A stretch of DNA of 64,000 nt from an uncultured Bacilli bacterium (GCA_947629205.1 CANRCV010000001.1:19531-83530), one strand, 5' to 3'; shown: positions 9,557 through 20,985, numbered from the stretch's first letter. Notes: generated by a model from the letters alone, not told the origin. Numbers and translations: made by a program.

Positions 9557-9820
9557 TTATTCTTCTTCAATTTTATTAAATTCATCTAAAATTGCAGTTT
9601 GGAACATTGAACGAATATCAGTATTAATTGGATGAGCAATGTCTTTGTATTCTCCAGTTGCTGTTTTTCTACTTGGCATTGCTATAAATAATCCATTATC
9701 TCCTTCAATAATACGGATATCATGGATGGCAAATGCATCGTCGATAACAACGGTTGCTATTCCTTTCATTCTGTTTCCTTCTCTTTCAATTTTACGAACT
9801 GTTACTGATGTAATTTTCAT
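9557..9820 (-). CDS. spoVG: SpoVG septation protein
   Basis: ...[35 protein letters not shown]... is near-identical in pattern to B. subtilis SpoVG. Confidence 0.9.
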   Translation of the reverse strand: MKITSVTVRKIEREGNRMKGIATVVIDDAFAIHDIRIIEGDNGLFIAMPSRKTATGEYKDIAHPINTDIRSMFQTAILDEFNKIEEE

Positions 9821-9899
9821 GCTTACTCTCCTTCTAAAGTTTCATATTCTCGTAACTTACTATTATTGTATGATAAATTTTTAAAGGAATCAAGAGTTT

Positions 9900-10112
9900 T
9901 TACAAATACTTTATATTTATTTCACCTGTAGCTATATCAGAGTAAGTAAAACTTTTTTCTACTCCATTTTCATTTATTGTAAAAATACTTGGATAGACAT
10001 TTGAAATATAGCCATAGACTTTGTAATTTTTATTACGCATTCCAAAAACACTAACCTCTACTTGAGCATTTAAGTGTTTCTTTACTTCTTCACGAATAAT
10101 ATCTAAATTCAT
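9900..10112 (-). CDS. veg: Veg (DUF1021) biofilm/sporulation-associated small protein
   Basis: Motif ...YPSIFTI...SFTYSDIATGEINI is Veg-like. Its position between yabG and spoVG matches Bacillus. Confidence 0.75.
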   Translation of the reverse strand: MNLDIIREEVKKHLNAQVEVSVFGMRNKNYKVYGYISNVYPSIFTINENGVEKSFTYSDIATGEINIKYL

Positions 10113-10123
10113 AATAACCCCCT

Positions 10124-10906
10124 TTATCTTGGATATCCTACATACATAAGACCATTACAAATAATGCCTCCCATACCATCTTTTCCATATTTGGTTTGTT
10201 CTAATAAAGAAAGTAAATCAATTTCTTTATTTCTTTCTGTTAAAGCTATTGCAGTTGCAATAATAGCTGGATCTAAACAATGAATATTAATCCGTTTAGG
10301 ACTTGAAGCAAAATTGGCGCCAGCTTTAATTAATTCTTCATAATTACTTTGACAAGCTCCAGCAATAATGACTAATTTTTCATGACTTTTTTCATATTTA
10401 CGACACTCTTTTACGGCTTTAATAAAATTCTCAGTATTTTTATAATTGTGTATATCTTCTATTTTTCCTTTTTTCTTATAATAGGCATCATGTCCAGTAA
10501 TAATAACAATATCTGGTTTACATTCTTCTAATAAGTCTCTTATTTTTAAAGGAATTTCTATCTCATTTAACTTTTTACCAATAGCAAAAACACTATGTTT
10601 TTTATAATACTCTAAACATCTTTGCAAATATTCTTTATCCCCATCAATATGAAGAATTTTACCTGGTAAATAAAAATATTCACTACGATCAAATACATCA
10701 TCGTTTTTTTCTTCTGGAAAATCCATTTTTAAATTTTGTCGATCTTCTTCTGTGGTTTTTTTTAAATCTTCTATCTCACTATCTGCATATAAACGAACAT
10801 CAATTCCTTTTAAATAACATATATTACCTTTCATATTTATGACTTTAAACAAGGTATCATTATTATAACTATTTCTGGTTACAATATCCCCTTTTTTTAT
10901 TGGCAT
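10124..10906 (-). CDS. yabG: sporulation-specific protease YabG (peptidase U57)
   Basis: Long collinear similarity to B. subtilis YabG: ...DIVIITGHDAY...IIAGACQSNYEELIKAGANFASSPKRINIHCLDP... Confidence 0.8.
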   Translation of the reverse strand: MPIKKGDIVTRNSYNNDTLFKVINMKGNICYLKGIDVRLYADSEIEDLKKTTEEDRQNLKMDFPEEKNDDVFDRSEYFYLPGKILHIDGDKEYLQRCLEYYKKHSVFAIGKKLNEIEIPLKIRDLLEECKPDIVIITGHDAYYKKKGKIEDIHNYKNTENFIKAVKECRKYEKSHEKLVIIAGACQSNYEELIKAGANFASSPKRINIHCLDPAIIATAIALTERNKEIDLLSLLEQTKYGKDGMGGIICNGLMYVGYPR

Positions 10907-10959
10907 TTTAGTTCACCAATATATTATATGCACCTAAAATGGTTTTTGCCCATAAAAAT

Positions 10960-11742
10960 TTATTTTTCTAATTTTGTTGCTAAATAAATAAAATCTTTTG
11001 GTTTTATTTCTTCTGCTCTTATTGTTTCTTTATAACCAAGTTCATTTAAAATAGCATAGACTTTATTCCAATCATACTCTTTTAAATTATTTTTAAGAGT
11101 TTTTCTTTTATTTTGAAAAGCTTTACGAATCAATTGTTTATAAAATTCTTGGTTATGAATAGCACTATTTAATTTATGGGTTAATTTAATAACTGCACTA
11201 TCAACTTTAGGTACAGGAATAAAGTTTTTTTTATCTACATCAAATAAAATTTGTGCCTCATAATTCATAGCAATAAGTAAGGTTAGAGCATTGTATTCTT
11301 TATGATTTTCTTTAGCACAAATTCGATTGGCTACCTCTTTTTGTACAAGTAAAACAATTTCATCAATACTATTTAAATCAATTAATTTTAAGATAATAGG
11401 AGAGGTAATGTAATAAGGAATATTCGCTACCACTTTTATTTTTTGATAAGAAAAAATAGCACTATCTTTTTTTAAATCATGATTTAAAAAATCATCATAA
11501 ATGATTTTACACTTTTCACTTTGATAAACATTTAAATAATCTTCCATCCTTTTATCTATTTCATAGCATAGTAAATAACTATTTTTATTTTTTAAATGTT
11601 TTGTTAAAGCTCCCATACCTGGACCAATTTCAATAATTAAATCATTTTCTTGTACAGCAACACTATCTGCTATATTTTTTAAAATAGTTTCATTTTTTAA
11701 AAAGTTTTGACCAAATTTTTTCTTTGCTTGTATTCTTTCCAT
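10960..11742 (-). CDS. rsmA: 16S rRNA (adenine1518/1519-N6)-dimethyltransferase RsmA/KsgA
   Basis: KKKFGQNFL...IEIGPGMGALT motifs. Start set at ATG 11742 (RBS GGTG), which avoids overlap with the upstream gene. Confidence 0.85.
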   Translation of the reverse strand: MERIQAKKKFGQNFLKNETILKNIADSVAVQENDLIIEIGPGMGALTKHLKNKNSYLLCYEIDKRMEDYLNVYQSEKCKIIYDDFLNHDLKKDSAIFSYQKIKVVANIPYYITSPIILKLIDLNSIDEIVLLVQKEVANRICAKENHKEYNALTLLIAMNYEAQILFDVDKKNFIPVPKVDSAVIKLTHKLNSAIHNQEFYKQLIRKAFQNKRKTLKNNLKEYDWNKVYAILNELGYKETIRAEEIKPKDFIYLATKLEK

Positions 11743-11767
11743 TTTCATCACCAACTTAAAAAATGGC

Positions 11768-12304
11768 TTATTGCCATCCATTTCTTAATACATCATACGT
11801 AATTGAAGATCGACCTACATAAGCAGCATAGGAATCACTAGAGGTTAATAAATCAATATCATTTCCTAAAACACCTCGATCAAGAACAATAGCTAACACA
11901 GGATCTGTAGAAATACGATTACTATTAAAACGAATAATAGATCCACAAGGTAAGTTTTTACTAGATGCTACAATTTTTACATTTCCATAAGAAATATCTT
12001 GATACGTTTCCGTACCATCTAAAACATTATATCTAGGAAGACAAGCAAGTTTCCCACTACATAATGGACAAGTTGGTAAATAACTCGTTAAATCTCCAGT
12101 AAATGTATCTTTAGCACTATATAAATCATTTTTAATATCTTCTTGTAATTTTAATGCCATTGTTGCTAAATCAATAGATTTATTATAATTATCATTTAAT
12201 ACTTTTGTCTCTTTTATATTATTACTTGATTCTACAAATACAACTAATAAAATAAGCAAAGTTACTTGAAATAATCTTCTAAAAGTTTTAATAATATCGT
12301 GCAT
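11768..12304 (-). CDS. 3D-domain (MltA-like, YabE-type) secreted protein
   Basis: N-terminal signal/TM after ATG 12304 (RBS GAGGTGG). The C-terminal ...GSIIRF...AIVLDRGVLGNDIDLL... is 3D-domain-like. Confidence 0.55.
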   Translation of the reverse strand: MHDIIKTFRRLFQVTLLILLVVFVESSNNIKETKVLNDNYNKSIDLATMALKLQEDIKNDLYSAKDTFTGDLTSYLPTCPLCSGKLACLPRYNVLDGTETYQDISYGNVKIVASSKNLPCGSIIRFNSNRISTDPVLAIVLDRGVLGNDIDLLTSSDSYAAYVGRSSITYDVLRNGWQ

Positions 12305-12359
12305 TTCTAAGCCACCTCGCAATACTTTTTTTCTTACTATTATTGTATCAAAACGAACC

Positions 12360-13106
12360 CTAAATGTCAAAAATTTGTGCTATATTTTCATTGGTTTTTT
12401 TTACTAATTCTTCTTTAGAAATCTTTTTTAAATTTGCCACAAATTCTGCAATTGTTTTAATCTTAGAAGGATCATTTTTTTCTCCTCGAAATGGTACAGG
12501 AGTTAAGTAAGGAGAATCGGTTTCTAATACTATATTATGAACATCAATTTTTTCTATTACCTCTTTAAGTCGACAATTTTTGAAGGTAATAACACCATTA
12601 ATGCCAAGTAAAAAACCCATTTTAATATAAATAGTTGCTATCTCTAAACTACCACTAAAAGAATGAATTACGCCTTTTACGTTGTATTTTTTTAATAGTT
12701 CTATTGTATCTTCTGTTGCTTCTCTTGAATGTATAACAACAGGCATTTGGTATTTTTCTGCTAAAGCTAATTGACGTTCAAAAAGTTTTAACTGTTCTTC
12801 ACGATTTTCTTTTCCATAATGATAATCCAAACCAATTTCACCAATCGCAATTATTTTTTCATGATTTAAATGTTCTTCAATAAATTTTAAATCTTCTTCT
12901 TGATAGTTTAAAACATCTTCTGGATGTATTCCTAAAGCTCCATAAACCTCTTTATGCTTTAAAGAATCTAGTACCTCTATATTACTTTTAGCATCACAGC
13001 CAGCATTAATCATACGATTTACTTGGTTTAAAGAAGCATTTTTTATAATAGTATCTATATCTTCATAATATTCTTTAAATAAATGACAATGCGTATCACA
13101 AAACAT
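12360..13106 (-). CDS. tatD: TatD-family metal-dependent hydrolase (YabD)
   Basis: MFCDTHCHL... with the TatD His/Glu/Asp pattern. Conserved position next to metG. Confidence 0.85.
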   Translation of the reverse strand: MFCDTHCHLFKEYYEDIDTIIKNASLNQVNRMINAGCDAKSNIEVLDSLKHKEVYGALGIHPEDVLNYQEEDLKFIEEHLNHEKIIAIGEIGLDYHYGKENREEQLKLFERQLALAEKYQMPVVIHSREATEDTIELLKKYNVKGVIHSFSGSLEIATIYIKMGFLLGINGVITFKNCRLKEVIEKIDVHNIVLETDSPYLTPVPFRGEKNDPSKIKTIAEFVANLKKISKEELVKKTNENIAQIFDI

Positions 13107-13110
13107 ACTT

Positions 13111-13941
13111 CTACCTACCTCTTTTCATTTTCAAAGCTTGTTGATGCGTAGCAATTAATAGCGAATATGCATAAGGAGTTTCACCAAAATACGTATTTGC
13201 TTCTTCTAATGCTGTTTCAAAATCTTCTTGCTTCGTTTCACAAACAATTTCTCCTTGAAACAATTCATTTCTTACTCTTTCATCATACACGATATGTTTT
13301 GCTAAATCAATAAATAATCCATTTTCGTCTCTTACAATGGTATGATAATAGGTTCCTACAAAATAATCAGGTATTAATTCCGTAATCAAAGTCGTATTAT
13401 TTATCATTTTTAAAAGAAGTTCCGAAACATTATGACAATTTCCATGTAATTTATCCTTATGTTTTCTCAGAAAATAATGCATCGTTTTTAAAGAACTGCG
13501 TAAATAATCATATATACTATAAAAAGAATACTTTTCTTTAGAAGTAAGTTCTAACTTAAATTCTTTATTTTTATAAGTTATATTTTCTATATAAGGATTA
13601 TTTAATAATGCATTGCACCAAAATTTTTTATCTTTATTACTTGTCGTATCTCCTAACACATACATATCATTTGTTATACAAGCATTTAAATTGCCATTAA
13701 ATTTCAAATATTTTTCATAAAAGGGAGAAACAAGTTCAGGAGAGTAACTATAAATATAACCGATTACGCAATAAAATAATCTATAACCATTTTGAATATC
13801 TATATGATTTACTTTAGCAAATTTTTCTAATGGGGGTAATTGATATTCTTGTAAAAACTCTTTCAAAAACATTAAAAACATTGCATTATTCTCTTTATAA
13901 TATTGTTCTTCAAATTGATAAAATAATTCTTGATAGGTCAT
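13111..13941 (-). CDS. hypothetical cytoplasmic protein, tandem paralog A (276 aa)
   Basis: ORF track. It shares collinear motifs with the upstream paralog (FYSIYDY, TELIP.YFVGTYYH, EIVCETK.ED, LLIATHQQ). Confidence 0.5.
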   Translation of the reverse strand: MTYQELFYQFEEQYYKENNAMFLMFLKEFLQEYQLPPLEKFAKVNHIDIQNGYRLFYCVIGYIYSYSPELVSPFYEKYLKFNGNLNACITNDMYVLGDTTSNKDKKFWCNALLNNPYIENITYKNKEFKLELTSKEKYSFYSIYDYLRSSLKTMHYFLRKHKDKLHGNCHNVSELLLKMINNTTLITELIPDYFVGTYYHTIVRDENGLFIDLAKHIVYDERVRNELFQGEIVCETKQEDFETALEEANTYFGETPYAYSLLIATHQQALKMKRGR

Positions 13942-14012
13942 ATTTTCTCCTCTTTCATTTTCAACTTATTATACACATATTTAAAAAAAAGAAAAGTTTT
14001 TGACGACTTTTC

Positions 14013-14837
14013 TTAACGTTTTTTGCTATTCATTATTTGTTGATGTGTAGCAATTAATAATGCCTCTGCATAAGAGGTTTCCCCAAAATAAGCATTAGCT
14101 TCTTCTAATTTTTCTAATAAGTCTTCTTCTTTTGTTTCACAAACAATTTCTGCTTGATATAAATCATAACGAATTTTTTCATCATACACAATTTCATTTG
14201 CTAAATCTATATACATACCATTTTTATCTTCTACAATAGAATGATAGTACGTTCCAACAAAACAATTTGGAATTAATTCTGTTAGTAAAGTAGAATCGTT
14301 TAATAAATGAGCAGTATCCCAAGCATCTGTATGACATTGTGCAAATAAGTGATTTCGATTTTTCATGATGTATTCAAACATTTTAGAATTCTTAGCAAAA
14401 TAATCATAAATACTATAAAAGGAATATTCTTCTCCTGATGCAAGTGTAATATGAATTTTTTTCTCTTCATAAGAAACCTTAACAATGTAAGGATGAGCAG
14501 AAAATTGTTCTACAACAGAACGATTTAACTTACCAAATGTTGATTTTCCTAACATACGAAGATCACATGTAATTAAAAAATTTAAATTTCCATTTTTCTT
14601 TAGAAACGCATCATAAAATGAATGTAATAATTCCTCATGATAATCTCCAAGATAATATCTTAAAGAATCAAATAAAGTATAGGGATTTAATTCTTCCAAA
14701 GGATGTTCTTGTAAAAATTTTTCTTTTGTACCTAAATGATGTTCTTCTAAAAAAGAAAAAACAAAATCAAAAATAAAATTATTATTTGGTTCATCAAATT
14801 GTTCTTCGTTTTGATAGATGATTTCATTAAATTCCAT
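14013..14837 (-). CDS. hypothetical cytoplasmic protein, tandem paralog B (274 aa)
   Basis: Same shared motifs as the 13111-13941 paralog. Confidence 0.5.
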   Translation of the reverse strand: MEFNEIIYQNEEQFDEPNNNFIFDFVFSFLEEHHLGTKEKFLQEHPLEELNPYTLFDSLRYYLGDYHEELLHSFYDAFLKKNGNLNFLITCDLRMLGKSTFGKLNRSVVEQFSAHPYIVKVSYEEKKIHITLASGEEYSFYSIYDYFAKNSKMFEYIMKNRNHLFAQCHTDAWDTAHLLNDSTLLTELIPNCFVGTYYHSIVEDKNGMYIDLANEIVYDEKIRYDLYQAEIVCETKEEDLLEKLEEANAYFGETSYAEALLIATHQQIMNSKKR

Positions 14838-14846
14838 AAGACACCC

Positions 14847-16367
14847 CTATTTTTCTACATCAATTCTTTGAAATAAGATTTCTGGAGTATTTAAATCATA
14901 AATAGAATTTTCATGAAATGCAAATGTTTTATCTTCCGTATTTAATTGATTTAAAATACGTTCACTCGTTTGTGGTAAATAGGGAAATAAGAATACAGCA
15001 CATATACGAATTGATTCTACTAAATTATATAAAACGGTCTCTAAACGATTTTTCTTTTCCTCTTCTTTGGCAAGAAGCCAAGGAGTTGTTTCATCAATGT
15101 ATTTGTTGCATCTTCTTAAAACTTCAAAGATTTCATCAATAGCTGCACCTATTTCTAAATGATCCATCTTTTCTTCTACTTTTGCTTCTAAAGCTTGAAC
15201 TTTTGTAATAAGTTCTTGATCAATTTCTTCCTTTACTTTTTTATTTTCAATATGTCCTTCAAAATATTTTTGACCCATTGAAATAGTACGATTGACTAAG
15301 TTTCCTAAAATATTTACTAAATCGCCATTAATTCTTTCAATTAATAAATCTCTTGTAAATACACCATCATTAGAAAAAGGTATTTCGTGTAACATATAGT
15401 AACGAACAGCATCGACACCAAATTCGTTTACTAAATCATCGGCATAGATAACATTACCACGACTTTTGCTCATCTTTCCATCACTCATAATAAGCCAAGG
15501 ATGGCCAAAGACTTGTTTTGGTAGTGGTAAATCTAAACTCATTAGAAAGCAAGGCCAATAAAGAGTATGGAAACGAATAATATCTTTTCCAATTAAGTGT
15601 AAATCAGCTGGCCAAAGTCTATTAAACTCTTCACTACTTCCATCTGGGTCATACCCAATATTGGTAATATAGTTTGTTAGGGCATCCAACCAAACATACA
15701 CAATGTGTTTTGGATCAAAATCAACAGGAATTCCCCAATCAAAAGAAGTTCTAGAAACACATAAATCTTGTAAGCCTGGTTTTAAGAAATTATTGACCAT
15801 TTCATTCTTTCTAGATTCTGGTTCAATAAAGTGAGGATGACTTTCAATATACTCTATTAATTTATCTTGATATTTGCTTAATTTAAAAAAGTAAGCTTCC
15901 TCTTTTTTTAATTCAACATCTCTACCACAATCCGGGCATTTTCCATCTACAAGTTGAGATTCTGTCCAAAAAGATTCACAAGGTGTACAATAAAGCCCTT
16001 GATATTCACCTAGATAAATGTCTCCTTTATCATACATTTTTTTAAATATTTTTTGAACAATTTTTTCGTGTTGCTCATCGGTTGTTCTTACAAATTTATC
16101 ATAACTTGTATTCATAATATCCCAAATATTTTTAATAACACCTGATACATTATCCACAAATTCTTTTGGTGTTAGTCCTGCTTCTTTGGCTTTTAACTCA
16201 ATTTTTTCTCCATGTTCATCTGTACCTGTTTGAAAATATACATCATATCCTTTTAAACGTTTATAACGAGCAATGGCATCGGCAAGAACAATTTCATATG
16301 TATTTCCAATATGAGGTTTTCCAGATGTATAAGCAATAGCTGTTGAAATATAGTATTTTTCTTTCAT
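14847..16367 (-). CDS. metG: methionyl-tRNA synthetase (short form, 506 aa)
   Basis: HIGN (HIGH-type) and KMSKS motifs. CxxC...CxxC zinc knuckle. Confidence 0.9.
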   Translation of the reverse strand: MKEKYYISTAIAYTSGKPHIGNTYEIVLADAIARYKRLKGYDVYFQTGTDEHGEKIELKAKEAGLTPKEFVDNVSGVIKNIWDIMNTSYDKFVRTTDEQHEKIVQKIFKKMYDKGDIYLGEYQGLYCTPCESFWTESQLVDGKCPDCGRDVELKKEEAYFFKLSKYQDKLIEYIESHPHFIEPESRKNEMVNNFLKPGLQDLCVSRTSFDWGIPVDFDPKHIVYVWLDALTNYITNIGYDPDGSSEEFNRLWPADLHLIGKDIIRFHTLYWPCFLMSLDLPLPKQVFGHPWLIMSDGKMSKSRGNVIYADDLVNEFGVDAVRYYMLHEIPFSNDGVFTRDLLIERINGDLVNILGNLVNRTISMGQKYFEGHIENKKVKEEIDQELITKVQALEAKVEEKMDHLEIGAAIDEIFEVLRRCNKYIDETTPWLLAKEEEKKNRLETVLYNLVESIRICAVFLFPYLPQTSERILNQLNTEDKTFAFHENSIYDLNTPEILFQRIDVEK

Positions 16368-16379
16368 TTTCTTTCCTCC

Positions 16380-16612
16380 TAAAAAAATAAAAAATCATAA
16401 ACTAAGGGCGAAATAACCGCGGTACCACCTTAATTCATGATTTTATCATGCACTTTTCTTCGTAACGTGAAGCATTCGATTTAACTCCAGAACCATGTTC
16501 ATATCTTCGTTTGTATTTACTTTCACCAAACGTAAACTCTCTTATCACAAACAAAAAATATTACTCTTTCTTTCTTCATTAATTACTTGTAGTTTAGCAC
16601 AAAACTTATTTA
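16380..16612 (-). promoter_or_regulatory. T-box riboswitch leader of metG
   Basis: The minus strand reads AATTAAGGTGGTACCGCGG (T-box consensus AAUUAGGGUGGUACCGCG) at 16417-16436. A terminator hairpin (AATCATGAATTAAGG...CCTTAGTTTATGATT followed by a U-run) encloses it, which is the usual terminator/antiterminator arrangement. Confidence 0.7.
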
Positions 16613-16615
16613 ACA

Positions 16616-17137
16616 TCAAGAAATATCCACTTTACTTACAATTAAATTTGACAAAAATTTTAAAAGAGAACAATATTCCTCTTCTAATGGACTTTCTTTA
16701 TAAAGAATAAGTAATCCTAAACAATCGGTAGAAGAAATAATCGGTTGAATAAAGAAATAACCACTTTTTTCTTCTCCATTTAATTTATATGCTTGCATTT
16801 GATTTTTTAAAACACTTTCTCTTTGATGAATAAAATGGATAAATTTTGAATCAATCTCTTTATTTTCTAAATCTTGAAAACGATTAGCATATACAAAGCG
16901 ATCACGATCCGTTACAAGTAAATTTACATCATAAACACTCGTAACCATTTCACAAATCGTATAAATTGTTTCTTTATAATCTTTAATTTTAGAATGTTTT
17001 TTTAAAATGACTTTATCATCTTCTACAAAGATTTCTAAATTTTCTCCTTCACGTATTCCTAAATTTCTTCTTATTTCTTTTGGTAAAACAATTCTACCTA
17101 ATTCATCAATTCTTCGAATAACACCTGTGGATTTCAA
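16616..17137 (-). CDS. spoVT: SpoVT/AbrB-family sporulation transcription regulator
   Basis: N-terminal AbrB swapped-hairpin motif (...GVIRRIDELGRIVLPKEIRRNLGI...) followed by a GAF-like C-terminal domain. Position next to mfd matches Bacillus. Confidence 0.8.
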   Translation of the reverse strand: MKSTGVIRRIDELGRIVLPKEIRRNLGIREGENLEIFVEDDKVILKKHSKIKDYKETIYTICEMVTSVYDVNLLVTDRDRFVYANRFQDLENKEIDSKFIHFIHQRESVLKNQMQAYKLNGEEKSGYFFIQPIISSTDCLGLLILYKESPLEEEYCSLLKFLSNLIVSKVDIS

Positions 17138-17200
17138 AGTATCACAACTCCTCTACAAAATTAGTTTGGATAATTTATAGAGAAAATATGCGAGGAAATC

Positions 17201-20200
17201 TTATTGTTTTTCTATATCACTTAAAATTAATTCTAACAAAGGAACAAAAGAGTATAAGAAATGTTTATCATCTATTTTAAGTAATAAAGTAATCATAATT
17301 CTTTTATTTAAATATTTAAAAGTAAAGTTTGGATTAATATTATAGGCTTCAAAGAATAACTTATCTCCTTTTACTAAAGATGAGTATTTCTCTGGTATTT
17401 CTATTTCTACCATTCTATCCGTTTGTTTAACATTGATAATTTCTAATTTTTTAGCAAGTTTTTCAAACCATTCTTCGTACATATAAATTTCTATATCTTC
17501 TGTAATTTTACCAAAACGATCCTCTAAAATACCTTTAATACGATTTAGGGAAGATAAATCTTCTACCTCATTTATTAATTGATGAATTTCAATTTTCATG
17601 TCCTCATCTGCAACATAAGTATCACTAATATGGGTACTTACATTTACTAAAGATTTTGTATCTTCTTCCTCTTCTACTTCTTCTCCATTCAGTCTTTTTA
17701 TTTCTTCTTCAACCATTTTTGTATACAAAGAAATTCCCACTGTATCAATAAATCCTGCTTGTTCACTTCCTAAAATATCTCCTGCTCCACGAAGGGATAA
17801 ATCACGCATGGCGATACGATAGCCACTACCAAGTTCTGTAAAATCTTTTATTGCTTGTAATCTTTTTACAGCAATATCATTAAGTAATTTATGATTATTA
17901 TATAAAAGGTAAGCATAAGCAATTTTATCACTTCTACCTACACGACCTCTTATTTGGTATAATTGACTTAATCCAAAATGATCGGCATCATAAATAATTA
18001 ATGTATTAGCATTTGGTATATCAATACCTGTTTCAATAATCGTTGTACAAACTAAAATATCAAATTCATAAGCAATAAAAGATTCCATAATCGTATCTAA
18101 TTCTTTTTTTGTCATCTTTCCATGTGCAAAAGAAATTCTAGCTTCAGGAATCAATTTTCTTAAACGATCACAGAATTCTTCTATAGAAGCAACTTTATTA
18201 TATAAAATAAAGATTTGTCCTTTACGTGCTAATTCTTTATAAATGGCATCTTTTACAATTAAATCATTTTCTGCAATTACATAAGTTTGTACCGGATAAC
18301 GATTAACAGGAGCTGTATCAATAATGGATAAATCTCTTAAACCACTCATAGCCATTTTCATCGTTCTTGGAATTGGGGTAGCAGATAGTGTAAGAACATT
18401 TACATCGTTTTTAAATTGTTTAATTTTTTCTTTATGAGTGACTCCAAAACGTTGTTCTTCATCAACTACTAGTAAACCTAAATCTTTACAAACAACATCA
18501 TCACTAAGTAAACGATGCGTACCAAATAAAATATCAATTTTACCTTTTTTTAAATCTTCTAATATACGTTTTGTATCCTTTGTTGATGTAAAACGATTTA
18601 ATAAAGCAATTTCAATTGGATAAGAAGAAAATCTTTTTAAAGCAGAGGTATATTGTTGTTTTGATAAAATAGTTGTAGGACACAAATATAAGACTTGTTT
18701 GTTATTTAAAACGGTTTTAAACATAGCACGGAAAGCCACTTCTGTTTTACCAAAACCTACATCTCCACATAAAAGTCGATCCATAGGAACCGTGCTTCGT
18801 AAATCTTTTTGCACATCTTGAATGGCTTTTATTTGATCTTTTGTTTCTTCATAAGGAAATTCCATTGCAAATAAATCTTCCATTGGATAATCTATATAAG
18901 CCATTTTCTTGGTTTGATTACGAATGGCATATAAATGCATTAATTCTTTTGAAATATCTTTAATCTTCTTTTGTACTTGACGTTTTTTAAGTTCCCATGA
19001 AGTACTATTTAATTTATTTATTTTTGGTTTTGTACCATCTTTATCAGTATATTTAAAAATTGTTGTAATCTTTTCTACTGGAATATAAACTTTATCATTT
19101 CCTAAATAGTTAATTTGTAAAAAATCTTTTTCCATACCTTTTTGTTTTAATGTTACTACCCCATTATAAATACCAATTCCATGTGTACGATGAACAACAT
19201 AGTCTCCAAGTTCTAAATTATTTAAAGAATTAATTTTCTTTCCAATCTTTAAAGTATTTTTATACTTTATGTCTGTTGTAGATACATTTTCTATATCATA
19301 TTCTCCAATAACAACATAATTTTGAAAAACAAAACCTTTATTAATTCTTTTTTTTAAAATTGTAATCGTATTTTCGGTTATTTTTCCATCCTTAGAAACG
19401 TTTGCTATAGGAAATAACTCTTTTATTTGCTTAATTTGATGTTCTTTTGATAAACAAAATAAAACGGTTTTCTTTTGATAAATCCATAATTCTACTTTTT
19501 CTTTTAACAAATCAAAATTACTTCGAAAGTTTTCAAGTTCTTTAGAAGAATAAGTATAAGTATTTTTAGAGGAATGATTTTCAATTGTATCTAAATAAAT
19601 GGCTTCTTTTATTTGAAAATCTTCCATAGTATACATAAAAGTTGTATTTTCAAGAGCATTATTTTTTTGGTATTCTAAAATATCTTCTAATAACTTTTTA
19701 TATGCAACTTTAATTTGTTGTTCATCATAATAGACAACACAAGGATTCTCTAAGTAATCCAATAAACTATTATGTTGATTTTCTAAAACCTCATCAAAAG
19801 GATATAAAGTTATTTTTTCTATATTTTCTAAAGAAAGTTGGGTATTTTCATCAAAAAAACGAAGAGATTCAATAGAATCTCCAAAAAATTCTATACGAAT
19901 AGGATGTTCAAAAAAAGTAGGAAATACATCAATTATAAATCCACGAACTGCATAGGTTCCGGTAGAGGTAACAAAAGAATCTTTTGTATAACCAAACAAA
20001 ACAAGTTTTTTTAACAATTCTTCTCTTACTATTTCCGTATCTTTTTTTAAAGTAATTTCTCTTTCTTCTTTGTTTTTTCTTAATGGTAAATATTTTAAGT
20101 ATCCCATTAAATTCGTAACGACAATATGAGGTTCTTCTTCTATCTTTTGTAATGTTTCTAAACGTTTAATCTTTAAATCAGGAGATATAGCCAAAGCAAC

Positions 20201-20422
20201 AGATGATAAAAAATCATCCATAGGAAAAAGAAGCACATGGTCTGTATATGTACTTAAAAGAGAATAAAGTAAATTACTTTCATACAAAGAATTGGTAACA
20301 ACTAAAATATTTTTCTTTTTTATTTTAAATAAATATAGTAAATATAAAACATTTAATTCTTTTGTAAGTCCAGTAATTCGTATATTCACATCTTTAGGAA
20401 ATTCTTTTGTTAACCATTGCAT
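17201..20422 (-). CDS. mfd: transcription-repair coupling factor Mfd
   Basis: 1073 aa. Central SF2 helicase motifs ([19 protein letters not shown]). RNAP-interaction and TRG regions present. Confidence 0.9.
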   Translation of the reverse strand: MQWLTKEFPKDVNIRITGLTKELNVLYLLYLFKIKKKNILVVTNSLYESNLLYSLLSTYTDHVLLFPMDDFLSSVALAISPDLKIKRLETLQKIEEEPHIVVTNLMGYLKYLPLRKNKEEREITLKKDTEIVREELLKKLVLFGYTKDSFVTSTGTYAVRGFIIDVFPTFFEHPIRIEFFGDSIESLRFFDENTQLSLENIEKITLYPFDEVLENQHNSLLDYLENPCVVYYDEQQIKVAYKKLLEDILEYQKNNALENTTFMYTMEDFQIKEAIYLDTIENHSSKNTYTYSSKELENFRSNFDLLKEKVELWIYQKKTVLFCLSKEHQIKQIKELFPIANVSKDGKITENTITILKKRINKGFVFQNYVVIGEYDIENVSTTDIKYKNTLKIGKKINSLNNLELGDYVVHRTHGIGIYNGVVTLKQKGMEKDFLQINYLGNDKVYIPVEKITTIFKYTDKDGTKPKINKLNSTSWELKKRQVQKKIKDISKELMHLYAIRNQTKKMAYIDYPMEDLFAMEFPYEETKDQIKAIQDVQKDLRSTVPMDRLLCGDVGFGKTEVAFRAMFKTVLNNKQVLYLCPTTILSKQQYTSALKRFSSYPIEIALLNRFTSTKDTKRILEDLKKGKIDILFGTHRLLSDDVVCKDLGLLVVDEEQRFGVTHKEKIKQFKNDVNVLTLSATPIPRTMKMAMSGLRDLSIIDTAPVNRYPVQTYVIAENDLIVKDAIYKELARKGQIFILYNKVASIEEFCDRLRKLIPEARISFAHGKMTKKELDTIMESFIAYEFDILVCTTIIETGIDIPNANTLIIYDADHFGLSQLYQIRGRVGRSDKIAYAYLLYNNHKLLNDIAVKRLQAIKDFTELGSGYRIAMRDLSLRGAGDILGSEQAGFIDTVGISLYTKMVEEEIKRLNGEEVEEEEDTKSLVNVSTHISDTYVADEDMKIEIHQLINEVEDLSSLNRIKGILEDRFGKITEDIEIYMYEEWFEKLAKKLEIINVKQTDRMVEIEIPEKYSSLVKGDKLFFEAYNINPNFTFKYLNKRIMITLLLKIDDKHFLYSFVPLLELILSDIEKQ

Positions 20423-20431
20423 AATGCCTCC

Positions 20432-20980
20432 TTAAAAATGAAAAGTATTCATTGTTTTATCGATTCCATCTTTGATAAATGAATTTATAATGTCATTATA
20501 AACTTGATATTGTTCTTTTAAAGTTGCTAATTCCTCTTTGGAAAATTTACCTAAAACATAAGAAATGGTATCTTTATTTTTATCATGAGAAATTCCTATT
20601 TTTAAACGACCAAAAGCTTCTGTATTCAATGAAGAAATAATGGATTTAATTCCATTATGACCACCAGAAGAACTATTCTTTTTTAGTTTATAGCGTCCAA
20701 ACTCAATATCCATATCATCTTGAATCACTAAAATATCTGTAGGAGAAATATCATAATATTTACTCACTTGTACCACACTTAATCCAGAAAGATTCATAAA
20801 AGTAGTTGGTTTTAAAAAAATTACTTTTTCTCCCTCTATATTTACAATTTGATATAGACCATTAAATTTTTGTTGCCAATCATTATTGTTAATATATTGA
20901 TCTAATACCATAAAACCAACATTATGTCTTGTATTCTCATATTCTTTTCCGGGATTTCCCAAACCAACAATTAATTTCAT
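20432..20980 (-). CDS. pth: peptidyl-tRNA hydrolase
   Basis: N-terminal motif MKLIVGLGNPG..Y..TRHNVGF. Confidence 0.9.
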   Translation of the reverse strand: MKLIVGLGNPGKEYENTRHNVGFMVLDQYINNNDWQQKFNGLYQIVNIEGEKVIFLKPTTFMNLSGLSVVQVSKYYDISPTDILVIQDDMDIEFGRYKLKKNSSSGGHNGIKSIISSLNTEAFGRLKIGISHDKNKDTISYVLGKFSKEELATLKEQYQVYNDIINSFIKDGIDKTMNTFHF

Positions 20981-20985
20981 ATTCT

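Noticed and set aside
16495-16710. 71-aa plus-strand ORF between metG and spoVT
   Set aside because: It lies within the metG T-box leader, on the opposite strand, and overlaps the 3' end of spoVT. It has no RBS.
20948-20963. A second NBS-like site, TTTTCCGGGATTTCCC, at the 5' end of pth
   Set aside because: It is not palindromic and matches only about half of the NBS consensus. It is probably chance.
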